Source of the DNA: Octopus bimaculoides
Taxonomy: Eukaryota
Length of the DNA: 64,000 nt
NCBI RefSeq assembly: GCF_001194135.2
Contig: NC_068986.1
Location: 68,172,698-68,236,697, forward strand
Direction: 5' to 3'
Shown here: positions 25,044 to 36,906 of the stretch, one piece after another
Layout of the letters: each line of letters begins with the position of its first letter
How positions within the stretch are numbered: the first letter of the stretch is position 1
The notes under the pieces: generated by a model
The model's database searches: none
Seen by the model: only the letters and a program-made list of their open reading frames with translations
Told to the model about the DNA's origin: nothing
Translations under genes and position numbers: made by a program

Positions 25044-25205
25044 CTTCCGCCGGTTTCGACGATGAGTATTCTGTTGTTCTATCAACTGAACGTCCGAATG
25101 GTTAAATTAAGTTGCTGAATATTCCACAGACATGCATGTATACTTTTCATGTAATTCACACACTGAATGTGTTCGACAGCATATTGAATCAAAGTTGAAC
25201 TCTTG
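25044..25205 (-). mobile_element. Decayed 3' part of SINE family C
   Basis: CCGCCGGTTTCGACGATGAG..TCCACAGACATGCATGTA resembles 46557-46680. Confidence 0.55.
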
Positions 25206-25261
25206 AAATATAACTTGATTTAAAGCAGACAAAAACTACGTGACAATCTACAGACATAGCT

Positions 25262-25372
25262 TGGGCGCAGTCAAGGCCATGATAAAATACTTGCTCAAGA
25301 CACCACGCAGTAATATCGAACTCATGATCTCATGATTAAGAAACGAACTTCTTAACCACATATTCAAGCTTG
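25262..25372 (-). mobile_element. SINE family B head, decayed
   Basis: ACTTGCTCAAGACACCACGCAG..GAACTTCTTAACCACA. Confidence 0.65.
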
Positions 25373-25472
25373 CGTCGATGCCCCTTTAAATAAGTTATAT
25401 ATAAACAAGGACGGTGTTATTTGATCTAATATAAAAATGACCCTACCAAAATGTTTTTAATATTTCTTTAAC

Positions 25473-26125
25473 AAATTCCGTCGAGGTCGACTTTGCCTTT
25501 CATCCTTTCTGGGTCGATAAAATAAGTACCAGTTGCGGACTGATGTCGATCTAATCGACTGGCTCCCTCCCAAAAAATTTCGGGCCTTGTGCCTAGAGTA
25601 GAAAAGAATATTTCTTTATCAAAGACGACGAGTTGGCAGAATTGTTAGCACGCCGGGCAAAATGCTTAGTTGCATTTCGTGCATCCCTACGTTCTGAGTT
25701 CAAATTCCGTCAAGGCCGACTTTGCCTTTGATCTGTTCGTGTTCGATAAGATAAGAACCAGTTGCATACTGGGGTCGATGTAATCGACTTAGCTCTCCTC
25801 CTGAAATTGCTGGGATTGTGTCAAAATTTGAAATCAGTATTTCTCTATTCAAAGGCGGCAAGCTATCAGAATCATTAGCACGCTGGGCAAAATGCTTNNN
25901 NNNNNNNNNNNNNNNNNNNNNNNNNNNNNNNNNNNNNNNNNNNNNNNNNNNNNNNNNNNNNNNNNNNNNNNNNNNNNNNNCTGAGTTCAAATCTGCCGCT
26001 CGACTTTGCTTTTCATTCTTTTGTAGCCGATAAAATAAGTACCATTTGAACACTGGGGTCGATATAAATCGCCTTAACTCTCTCCTAGAAATTGTTGATC
26101 TTGTGCGAAAATTTGGAGCCAATAT
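25473..26125 (+). mobile_element. Three head-to-tail SINE-A copies
   Basis: Units at about 25473-25615 (5'-truncated), 25621-25845 and 25851-26125; junctions TATTTCT..AAAG(A/G)CG(A/G)C.AG. Confidence 0.88.
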
Positions 26126-27126
26126 TTATCCATTCAAATGATAAGCCACTCATAAAAAAAAGAGGACGTTGATTACATAACGTCACAATGAAATCATTTT
26201 CTGAAAAATAAACTGGAACGAACATTTCCAAAATGCTGGATTTTCTTTTTTTTTTTTTTCTACACAAAGCTAAAAATTTATAAGAGATGAGGTAATCGTA
26301 GAAGAAAGAGAGTAGTAGAATGCGAGTAAATAGCATCAATACAGTTATTGTACAGACAAATACATTGGTATTTCCAATGTAAATTTAGCAAAAGAGATAC
26401 AGCTAGCCGTGTAAGCCATTTTCATGAAATGATTTCATATATTAAAAAGAAATTATTTATGGGCATCTGACCGACAGTATGTAGGGAAGTGTCACAGTCG
26501 ATTGAATTAAACTCAGTACTTGGCTGAAGGATGGATGGAATCTTAGTGGGAACTGAATTCAGAAAGCGAAGAGTGCGGTTAATCAAGCGCTTTGTTTTTT
26601 ACTTCTTTATTGAAAATGACAGCGATTTCATGCATTTATATCACTTTTTACGTGAGAATATTCTTGAATATACAATTGTTTTTCTGTAAGTGAAGGAACT
26701 GTTTGAGGCAAAGATAGCCGCACCCATCTCCTGTATATACAAAATACTGGTGAATTTGATTACATAGTTTTTTTCCAACACCATTTTTAAGCTGACACTA
26801 ACAGCATGTAGAATCAAATTTCAAATTCTATTGTTGTTTGCAAGATGTTGATGACTTAAATCCATCATTCCAACGTCTACTGAAGGCCTATCTTTCATAG
26901 TCGACGTAATGGTGGCTAATCTACCGAATTCGAATTGGGTGGAGCAAATTTTTTTAGTTCGTATTGTCTACGTAATCCTTATCGTATGTGAGTTTAGAAA
27001 TCTTACTTCGTTGGTCTTGATATCGCAATATCTCACATCACTCTCGCAATTCTCAACAAAGCCAATACCGATATATGAGTATAGCGATACAATATATATG
27101 CATGGTACCTATAATGGTTTCTGATA

Positions 27127-27320
27127 AAGCGCAAGGTCAGCAACTTTTAAAGGGAAAAATTAGCCGATGCCATCAACCCTAATACTTGGCTGTTTTATTT
27201 TATCGATCAGGAAAGAATAAAAGGCAAAGGTTGACGTCTGTGGAATTTGAAACCAGAAGGTAAGAAGCCAAAAGAAAAACCGCATAGCATTTTGTGCAAC
27301 ACTTTAACGATTCTACCAGG
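27127..27320 (-). mobile_element. SINE family A, decayed
   Basis: AAAGGCAAAGGTTGACGTCTGTGGAATTTGAA..TAACGATTCTACCAG. Confidence 0.7.
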
Positions 27321-28980
27321 ACGGTGAGCTGGCGTGCTAGATATAATGCAATGACATAATGACATTGTACGTGGCATGCATTAACGGTTTCTGTGTTGAT
27401 TCTACTGAGTTCTTCCATGTCACAGATACTTCAAAGCATCTTGATTAATGGACGATCATCAATAAGAATTATGATAGCCTGCAGTTGATGGAAATCGCAA
27501 ACAGCCAAATCAGAAGTATAACAATTGATTCAGAGTTTTAAAAAACGCGTAATCCTTCTTAAGCCCAACTTCATTGTTCAAAGTGTAGAAGTTTTTTGTC
27601 ATCCGGACTCGGTTTAATGTACAATGCAGTGATAGCCTTTTATTATTTGGTCTCATGAAAGTGACAGTGCCCATGGTTTCCGTAGACCCTCTGAAACCAA
27701 GGTGATTGATGTTCCACTTAGAATGTTCACCAACACGTTAAGAGACTTTTCACTTTTTCGTGAAATTACACGTATTCTTTCATGTTACTGATATGTGTTA
27801 GTATAATCCGGGCATAGTTCGATATTCGATCAGGCTTGGCCTAAGGAAAGCATTCTGTGTATCTATTTGTAATGCATGATTTAGCTTCTGCAGGTCATTT
27901 ACGACGCCAATTCCAAGATGTTGGTTCCTGTCAATGTTTTTCCTAAATCGTGTCAAGACATATTCTTAGTCAGTGTCAATGTAGAGTTTGTATACCTGTC
28001 TGTCTATGGTGAATTATCAAACACTTTGACTGAACGGAAAACTAATTGTTAATGATGAGTAACACAATGACAACTTTGATCTAGCAATCATACGGCACGC
28101 AGTCCCTCAGCTGAACGATTAAGCAAGATCCGCCTTTCCGGTTTTACCATGTCATCATCTAGCACTCTGGAGTGCATTGATGTACAAGGTGTATATTTTA
28201 TCGTATTTTACAAACTTATTTAGCTGTTATATTTATAAATAATTCTATATATGGTGCTGCATTTTGCAAATGTCTTTTATCCGAATTTTATTTTTATATA
28301 AACTGAGCAAGTTTTTTAAAAAAGCTGTTTGTATATATACGTTAGGATCTAGATATGTTTTTATGTAGATGTGTGTATTGTAGGTATGCATGTGTATTTG
28401 TATGTGTGCGTCTGTGTATGTGCGTAAGCATATGTGTATGCTTATATTTATGTACATACGTACATATACACGTAAATGTACACGTTATACGCTCATATTT
28501 ATGTGAATATGTATTTACGTACATATTTCTATATATTTATATACGTAATCATATATGTGTATTTGTATGCTAATATACACTTATGTACGTAGTCTCTTCC
28601 TGAGAGATATTCTATTGGACCTCTGTCTAATCATTAAAACATTGATTTAATGATCCAGCATTAAGTGCTGCAACCTGCATTTGCTGATCTTGAGAAAATC
28701 ACATCTAGCTTCTCTCTTCAGATTCTCGCCTTCGGTTTTCTACAATCTTCCTTGCTTTATACTTGTTTCTGGAGAGATTACGTCTTTTCTTTGGTGGCAT
28801 ATTTTCCCAATATTATAAACAAAAAATTATGAACATAGAAAGAAATTATACATTAATCCCTATTTTGTAAGCAGTTGTATCCGTAAAAATTTTATTTGAA
28901 GAGAGCAGAAATTGAAAGAAGAGAAAGTGAAAAGAACAGAGAAAGAAAGTGAAAGATATGTGTACGTCTATATGAAATAT

Positions 28981-29025
<45 letters not shown>

Positions 29026-29496
29026 TGCATGCGTGCTNNNNNNNNNNNNNNNNNNNNNNNNNNNNNNNNNNNNNNNNNNNNNNNNNNNNNNNNNNNNNNN
29101 NNNNNNNNNNNNNNNNNNNNNNNNNNNNNNNNNNNNNNNNNNNNNNNNNNNNNNNNNNNNNNNNNNNNNNNNNNNNNNNNNNNNNNNNNNNNNNNNNNNN
29201 NNNNNNNNNNNNNNNNNNNNNNNNNNNNNNNNNNNNNNNNNNCGCCTTCGGTTTTCTACAATCTTCCTTGCTTTATACTTGTTTCTGGAGAGATTACGTC
29301 TTTTCTTTGGTGGCATATTTTCCCAATATTATAAACAAAAAATTATGAACATAGAAAGAAATTATACATTAATCCCTATTTTGTAAGCAGTTGTATCCGT
29401 AAAAATTTTATTTGAAGAGAGCAGAAATTGAAAGAAGAGAAAGTGAAAAGAACAGAGAAAGAAAGTGAAAGATATGTGTACGTCTATATGAAATAT

Positions 29497-29541
<45 letters not shown>

Positions 29542-29843
29542 TGCATGCGTGCTTGCGCATGTGTATGTGAAAGAGAAAGAGGGTGAGAAAGAGAGACAGA
29601 GTGAGTGGGTGAAGGAGTGTGTCGTGATGATTGATGTTTTTTAAGGTACACACACACATATAGAAAATGTGACGTCATCGTATAGAATTTTTACGGTAGT
29701 TGATTTAAGGAAAAGATTATTTGAAATGAAAATATGTGAATGGAAACTAAGTTTAATTTGTAGTCAAAATAGTGCTGAATCTTTTGATACCCCATAGTCA
29801 AAATCTGTAACTCGGTTTTGGAAAGCATAAGGAATATATAATA

Positions 29844-29935
29844 TTAGCAGAAATACCCGGCGTTGCCCGGGTTAAAGAGAATAATGAAATCTAAAAACGC
29901 CGTCTAGACTACGCATCATCTTTATATATAGAGAT
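29844..29935 (-). mobile_element. 92-bp mini-Helitron
   Basis: Minus strand A|TCTCTATATATAAAAG...ACCCGG-GCAACG-CCGGGT-ATTTCTG-CTAA|T: 5' TC, subterminal GC hairpin, CTRR end, inserted in an AT dinucleotide. Confidence 0.8.
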
Positions 29936-30804
29936 GTATATACACACACGCACCCAAACACACGTATATATATGTATATCAATATAAATATATGAAAGTC
30001 AATGAAGTTTCGTAAAAGAAGGTGATCATGTACACACTTTCTTGCTGTTGTGATTATAACACCTCATTGTAAACTATGTTCCTTGTTTTCCCTTGTGGAG
30101 CATATACAAATAGGTTTTTTGTTGCTGCCCACTCTTGAGCAGCCAACATACAGTTGTCCATGTGAGAAGCAGGGCTCTTCCNNNNNNNNNNNNNNNNNNN
30201 NNNNNNNNNNNNNNNNNNNNNNNNNNNNNNNNNNNNNNNNNNNNNNNNNNNNNNNNNNNNNNNNNNNNNNNNNNNNNNNNNNNNNNNNNNNNNNNNNNNN
30301 NNNNNNNNNNNNNNNNNNNNNNNNNNNNNNNNNNNNNNNNNNNNNNNNNNNNNNNNNNNNNNNNNNNNNNNNNNNNNNNNNNNNNNNNNNNNNNNNNNNN
30401 NNNNNNNNNNNNNNNNNNNNNNNNNNNNNNNNNNNNNNNNNNNNNNNNNNNNNNNNNNNNNNNNNNNNNNNNNNNNNNNNNNNNNNNNNNNNNNNNNNNN
30501 NNNNNNNNNNNNNNNNNNNNNNNNNNNNNNNNNNNNNNNNNNNNNNNNNNNNNNNNNNNNNNNNNNNNNNNNNNNNNNNNNNNNNNNNNNNNNNNNNNNN
30601 NNNNNNNNNNNNNNNNNNNNNNNNNNNNNNNNNNNNNNNNNNNNNNNNNNNNNNNNNNNNNNNNNNNNNNNNNNNNNNNNNNNNNNNNNNNNNNNNNNNN
30701 NNNNNNNNNNNNNNNNNNNNNNNNNNNNNNNNNNNNNNNNNNNNNNNNNNNNNNNNNNNNNNNNNNNNNNNNNNNNNNNNNNNNNNNNNNNNNNNNNNNN
30801 NNNN

Positions 30805-30879
<75 letters not shown>

Positions 30880-30897
30880 TTCTCTCTCTCTCTCTCT

Positions 30898-30960
30898 GAA
30901 AGTATCTGTCATTACAGTATCGAAATGGTGTACATATACATGTATATGTATACATATACA

Positions 30961-30991
<31 letters not shown>

Positions 30992-31323
30992 CTTTCTCTC
31001 TTTCTCTCTCTGTGAAAGTATCTGTCACTACAGTATCGAAATGTGATTGTTTCAGTTAGTGGAATAGTTTCATTTTTAAAGTGAAAGTATTTGACATGAG
31101 TGTTTTTGTTTCACTTTTGACACGTAATACTTAAATAGTGGAGGAGATATTATGTTGCCGTGTGCTCGAACTCTGCAAGAAGTATGTGCCGGCTGTCTGA
31201 GCAACTGGTTGTTTTAATGGAGGAAAAAATAGGACATAAAGATTACAAAAATAGCAATTATTACTTTGAAACTAACGATTTTGAAACTCTTTTTAGATTA
31301 CGGAACACCCCACTTTCTCATGT
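30898..31323. mobile_element. Helitron/Helentron-type element, left half (broken by inversion)
   Basis: Shares TTTCACTTTTGACACGTAATAC with 21170; internal repeat GAAAGTATCTGTCAYTACAGTATCGAAATG at 30898 and 31014. Confidence 0.55.
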
Positions 31324-31820
31324 ACATTTACGTGTATATGTACGTATGTACATAATATAAACATACACGTATACACCACTGAAGAAGTCATCCTCCACCT
31401 CTTCGTTGTTGCTGCCTCCACTGTTACCGCTCATTTTCTCAGACTGCTATCCCATGGCCTCCTCGACCTTATCTTCCATGCTCCTTTTCACCTTGGTGAA
31501 CTTGGTGCTATCATACCTATCCAGAGGAGGCGAAACCTGGAGTGGAATGCAGCAAGTTGGGATTCCTCGTCTTCCAGGATGAGGTCGCAAATCTTTTGTC
31601 GATGCCTGTCAAAACTGCGTCGACCAAGGGGCTAAAATTGCGTCGACTAAAGGGGCTGCAGTAGATGAGTTTTGGGTTAACGGACTTAAGTTAACGGAAG
31701 CTAAATGTAACGGGATTTAATCAGTCCGATAATGATTTTCAAGGTCAACTTAAAAGTTAAATCGTTAACGAAAATGTTAACTCCGTCAATTAACGATTAA
31801 CGGACTTACGCCCAGCTCTG
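31321..31820 (-). mobile_element. hAT transposon 5' part: TIR, GTTAAC subterminal repeats and transposase fragment
   Basis: Terminus CAGAGCTGGGCG at 31820, many GTTAAC/TAACG motifs, then LVDAVLTGIDKRF..DRYDSTKFTKVKRSMEDKVEEAMG*QSEKMSGNSGGSNNEEVEDDFFS. Confidence 0.7.
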
Positions 31821-32933
31821 TGTGTATATGNNNNNNNNNNNNNNNNNNNNNNNNNNNNNNNNNNNNNNNNNNNNNNNNNNNNNNNNNNNNNNNNNNNNNN
31901 NNNNNNNNNNNNNNNNNNNNNNNNNNNNNNNNNNNNNNNNNNNNNNNNNNNNNNNNNNNNNNNNNNNNNNNNNNNNNNNNNNNNNNNNNNNNNNNNNNNN
32001 NNNNNNNNNNNNNNNNNNNNNNNNNNNNNNNNNNNNNNNNNNNNNNNNNNNNNNNNNNNNNNNNNNNNNNNNNNNNNNNNNNNNNNNNNNNNNNNNNNNN
32101 NNNNNNNNNNNNNNNNNNNNNNNNNNNNNNNNNNNNNNNNNNNNNNNCTTCCTTTTCAACTAAGATTTATTGTAGCCCCTTTTGGGCAATAAAAGAAAAT
32201 CAAAACTAGGATTTATTGTATTTTATTGTATTTCTTGTGCCCTTGAGTTTAATAACTAAATAATCTTTATTAACTGCGTGTGTAAAAAAAAAAAAGAAAA
32301 GAAAAAAGGCAATGTGTTCTGCAGTATTTCTATTACCGGTTGTTCTGAGCTAAAACCTGTTGAGGTCAACTTTGTATTTATTTCGAAGTCACGAAATCGA
32401 AGCATCAATTCAATACTGCAGACGGTAGTATCGACTAACCCTTCTCTTTAGAAATATTGGTCTTGTACCTAAATCAGAATGATTTTTTTAATTATTATTT
32501 CCTCATGTGTTGCTGAAATTGGTGTCATCTGATTCTTTAGTTTATTTTTGTCTTTCATGTTTTACTGACGTTTTCCGGTCATGTGTATGTCTTACGAGAA
32601 AAAATGTTACTGTTACTTTTTATCAATGTTACCCTATTGCTGCTTCTGTCATATATTCATATCGTATTTCAGCAGCTAATTCTTTCTCTACATTACTGCA
32701 AAATCTGGACAATTTCAGACTAAGTAGAGGAGGCCTCATTTTTCTCATGTTACTTAGAATTTATGTCGTTTGAATAAAGAAAATTAAAATTAACTTGCAC
32801 TAGAAGATTAAAATTAACTTGCACTGTTCATGTCATTTTGTTCTTTGTTTATATTTGTTTCGTTGTAGATGACAGGAACAGGAAAGTATAGCTAGATAAT
32901 GCGTAGCAGGAAAAAAATGGATTTGTCAATAAG

Positions 32934-32979
<46 letters not shown>

Positions 32980-33159
32980 AGTAGCGAAGCTTTTAAGCAG
33001 TCTTTCAACATACTAGAAAGAATAATCATTACCTCATGTTCATTTAACATTCAACTTTCTGGAATAATATTACCCTAGATATACAATATCTAAAAAAGGA
33101 AAGACATAAAGTCACGACTGGAAAAGCATTGGCCATTGGTCTGCTGAAAAGGAGCTAAT

Positions 33160-34870
33160 TAACTGCGTGTTAATAATCCCTTATTCCCAATTCCTCCGTC
33201 TACGCATGCTCTGCAGTGACAACCATGACTTTGAGACTCAGTCTCAACTCATGGCTTGCCACTTCATCCTACGTAGATATCCCCTCACTACTATCCACAC
33301 CGCCTTTGCCAGAGTACTTCCGTGGACCATGCATCTGCTCTCTCCCCGCAACCCGCCCCACCGTCACCTGTCTCCCGTTTCCCCTCACCTACCACCCTAC
33401 CACCCTACCTCTCCAACGCACCATTCTCCGAGCCTTCCGGCGNNNNNNNNNNNNNNNNNNNNNNNNNNNNNNNNNNNNNNNNNNNNNNNNNNNNNNNNNN
33501 NNNNNNNNNNNNNNNNNNNNNNNNNNNNNNNNNNNNNNNNNNNNNNNNNNNNNNNNNNNNNNNNNNNNNNNNNNNNNNNNNNNNNNNNNNNNNNNNNNNN
33601 NNNNNNNNNNNNNNNNNNNNNNNNNNNNNNNNNNNNNNNNNNNNNNNNNNNNNNNNNNNNNNNNNNNNNNNNNNNNNNNNNNNNNNNNNNNNNNNNNNNN
33701 NNNNNNNNNNNNNNNNNNNNNNNNNNNNNNNNNNNNNNNNNNNNNNNNNNNNNNNNNNNNNNNNNNNNNNNNNNNNNNNNNNNNNNNNNNNNNNNNNNNN
33801 NNNNNNNNNNNNNNNNNNNNNNNNNNNNNNNNNNNNNNNNNNNNNNNNNNNNNNNNNNNNNNNNNNNNNNNNNNNNNNNNNNNNNNNNNNNNNNNNNNNN
33901 NNNNNNNNNNNNNNNNNNNNNNNNNNNNNNNNNNNNNNNNNNNNNNNNNNNNNNNNNNNNNNNNNNNNNNNNNNNNNNNNNNNNNNNNNNNNNNNNNNNN
34001 NNNNNNNNNNNNNNNNNNNNNNNNNNNNNNNNNNNNNNNNNNNNNNNNNNNNNNNNNNNNNNNNNNNNNNNNNNNNNNNNNNNNNNNNNNNNNNNNNNNN
34101 NNNNNNNNNNNNNNNNNNNNNNNNNNNNNNNNNNNNNNNNNNNNNNNNNNNNNNNNNNNNNNNNNNNNNNNNNNNNNNNNNNNNNNNNNNNNNNNNNNNN
34201 NNNNNNNNNNNNNNNNNNNNNNNNNNNNNNNNNNNNNNNNNNNNNNNNNNNNNNNNNNNNNNNNNNNNNNNNNNNNNNNNNNNNNNNNNNNNNNNNNNNN
34301 NNNNNNNNNNNNNNNNNNNNNNNNNNNNNNNNNNNNNNNNNNNNNNNNNNNNNNNNNNNNNNNNNNNNNNNNNNNNNNNNNNNNNNNNNNNNNNNNNNNN
34401 NNNNNNNNNNNNNNNACCACACACCAGCACACCACACACCACCACAATACATCACACCACCTCGCACACACTAGCACTGACCTCTTCCCAGCACCTACAC
34501 CATCATCCATACACCTACACATGCACACACGCACACGTCAAGGTCACCAGCCCCCTTCCAAACGCACATACACGCTCTCACATACACACTGCCAGCGCAC
34601 TTATGTTTTGGGATCAGCACTAATTTATTATCTCCCCTTCTTCCTAACTCTCCTGTGTAACCCCTCTGTCCGGCATTCGCCATGATAGATCGTTAGCCAC
34701 TAAACCTTTTTCTCTTTTCTCTCCTTGTTTATTTCTATGTTCCTTTCTGTCGAAGAGCGTATGCTCCAAACGTAAAAGGCTTTCTCACTTCCCGAGCGTT
34801 AAACAAATACATCTGTTTGTTGTTTACACACCCGTCTTCGTCTTTTTTTTTGTAAATTCTCAATATATAT
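33160..34870 (+). mobile_element. Penelope-like element remnant (thumb region, gap, 3' pLTR)
   Basis: IPYSQFLRLRMLCSDNHDFETQSQLMACHFILRRYP (PLE IPYSQFLRxRRICS motif); HHR-like motif at 34742; ends at (TA)n. Confidence 0.8.
34742..34779 (+). ncRNA. Hammerhead-like motif with mutated core
   Basis: CCUUU CUGUCGA A GAGC-GUAU-GCUC CAAA CG UA^ AAAGG: helices I-III intact, but A6>U and G12>C. Confidence 0.6.
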
Positions 34871-35128
34871 ANNNNNNNNNNNNNNNNNNNNNNNNNNNNN
34901 NNNNNNNNNNNNNNNNNNNNNNNNNNNNNNNNNNNNNNNNNNNNNNNNNNNNNNNNNNNNNNNNNNNNNNNNNNNNNNNNNNNNNNNNNNNNNNNNNNNN
35001 NNNNNNNNNNNNNNNNNNNNNNNNNNNNNNNNNNNNNNNNNNNNNNNNNNNNNNNNNNNNNNNNNNNNNNNNNNNNNNNNNNNNNNNNNNNNNNNNNNNN
35101 NNNNNNNNNNNNNNNNNNNNNNNNNNNN

Positions 35129-35192
35129 CTGTCTGTTTGTGCGCTTATAACTCGAGTATTGTTCATCCGATTGCGCTGAAATTTTAAACATG
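35129..35192. mobile_element. Helitron/Helentron-type element, right half (inverted)
   Basis: Reverse complement CATGTTTAAAATTTCAGCGCAATCGGATGAACAATACTCGAGTTATAAGCGCACAAACAGACAG is homologous to 21289-21360. Confidence 0.6.
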
Positions 35193-35575
35193 GAAGATAA
35201 GGTCGAGGAGGCCATGGGATAGCAGTCTGAGAAAATGAGCGGCAACAGTGGAGGCAGCAACAACGAAGAGGTGGAGGATGACTTCTTCAGTGGTGTATAC
35301 ATGTATGTTTATATTTATGTACATACGTACATATACACGTAAATGTACACGTTATACGCTTATATTTGTGTGAATATGTATTTAGGTAACAAAATAAGAG
35401 CGGATGCCACAGGTCACTGAAGGACAAGGCCCAGAATTTAGTAAAGACCTGGTTGGAGACCAACTCCAAAGATTTACAAACGGATGCTGCCTTCTTGAGT
35501 GAGCAAGTTTTGGTGGACTTATTCATCAAGTTCAACACAGCCATCCATTCCAGTGCTGCAGTAGCTGTATCAATG
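35189..35575 (+). pseudogene. hAT transposase C-terminal fragment (dimerization domain)
   Basis: MEDKVEEAMG*..DDFFS, a ~90 bp insertion, then KDKAQNLVKTWLETNSKDLQTDAAFLSEQVLVDLFIKFNTAIHSSAAV (hAT FIKYNTxxPSSAxVERLFS motif). Confidence 0.8.
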
Positions 35576-35987
35576 GGAGCAATATACCAACACTGCAACA
35601 TAAAAACTAGGCAAAAAATGGTACGAACATGTGCCAAACAAGGTTCATGACAACGACTAGGTCACAAATATCTGGAAAATCAAAAGAAGTCAAAGCTATT
35701 CGCGCAGACATAATAATCAAGGCGTGGGGGAGGGGGAACACCTGCTTACAGATGGCCATTTCAGTCCCCTCTGACCAAATAGTGCCCCCCACCCCCCAAA
35801 AAGTGGTGAAACTTTCAAAGTACAAAGTTCTCGAAATTGAATGTGGGGTATGAAGGTAAAAAACAATAAACATATGAACAAAATGTAGACGTCTTACCTG
35901 GACCATTAACACTACATATTCCACAATCCCATAAAAGATAAGTTTCTTATTCACTCTCGCTGAGATGAAGTACATGAGGTGGAGGAT

Positions 35988-36906
35988 CGAATATGCCAGA
36001 AGCACGTTCGAACTCGTGAACAAGCCATTCACTGTTTTGTCATGGAGAAAATTTCTCGTTGTAGACAAATGGTGCAAATACACCTAAATCAGCTCGCAGT
36101 GCCACCTATCTGGACTGTGAGACGCAAGCATTTTGGAGTGGCTATCTCATCTTCAGTCAAAGGAACCGGACGGTAGCGCTGCGCGCTGATAAGAGAAATT
36201 GTCTTTCTAACATTATTCGAGTCATCTCACGTCATCTGGTAGCGTTAATCGGCGAATCATCGTAAATAGTTATATCGTCTTTAGTCACCGAAACCGGGCG
36301 GTGGTATCGCGAGCTGATGGGAGAGACAATCTATCTTTTGTTTTTCCAATCATTGTACGTCGGCTGGTAGAGCTAATCGGCGGCTGTCGATAAATAAATT
36401 ACGAAGTGGGAGCACTAAGCAGTGATGTGTATAAATGCAATGTTATTACTAGTTCGAATATGCCAGTAGCACGTTCAAACTCGTATAGAAGCTATTCAGA
36501 GTGTTTTGTAAGCATTTCGGGGTTGGTTAATACCTTTTCAGTCACAGAAACCGGACGGTGGTGCCACAGGGTCTATTTACACCATTTGTTTACAAACCGT
36601 CCAATTTCTGTGACTGAAGACGAGATAACCGCTTATTTACGATGAGCCGCCAATTAGCGTTACCAGACGACGTACGATGACTGGAATAACATAAGAGATT
36701 GTCTCTCTTATCAGCTCGCGGTGCTACCGCTCGGTTTCTGTGACTGAAGAGGAGATAACCATTCCAAAATACTTGAATCTCAAAGTCTAGGTAGGTGGCA
36801 CTGCGAGTTGATTTAGGTGTATTTACATCATTTGCCTACGGCGAGAAATTTTCTCTATGACAATACAAAGTGAATGGCTTGTTTACAAGTTCTAGCTGAT
36901 AACATT
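35988..36906. mobile_element. Foldback/MITE-like element with long modular inverted repeats
   Basis: 36010-36300 is an inverted copy (about 80% by eye) of 36620-36895; ~130-bp subunit TCTTCAGTCACAGAAACCGG..; left end motif repeated at 36454. Confidence 0.8.

Noticed and set aside
27790-27960. 55-codon open frame on the minus strand (VLTRFRKNIDRNQHLG..)
   Set aside because: No start, no good splice sites, no recognised homology.
32783-32825. 19-bp direct repeat ATTAAAATTAACTTGCACT with a 5-bp spacer
   Set aside because: Only two copies; a simple local duplication, not an array or CRISPR.
35295-35385. Insertion in hAT read as a GT..TTTAG intron
   Set aside because: Splicing it out does not restore the transposase frame, and the sequence matches 28436-28517.
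35894-35960. Minus-strand CAG|GTAAG donor with a short open frame (WDCGICSVNGP or ARVNKKLIFYG)
   Set aside because: Weak acceptor, lies among transposon debris, no recognised domain.
36140-36770. CTGAAGA and GAAACCGG motifs inside the foldback unit
   Set aside because: The two hammerhead halves lie on opposite strands, so they cannot form one ribozyme.
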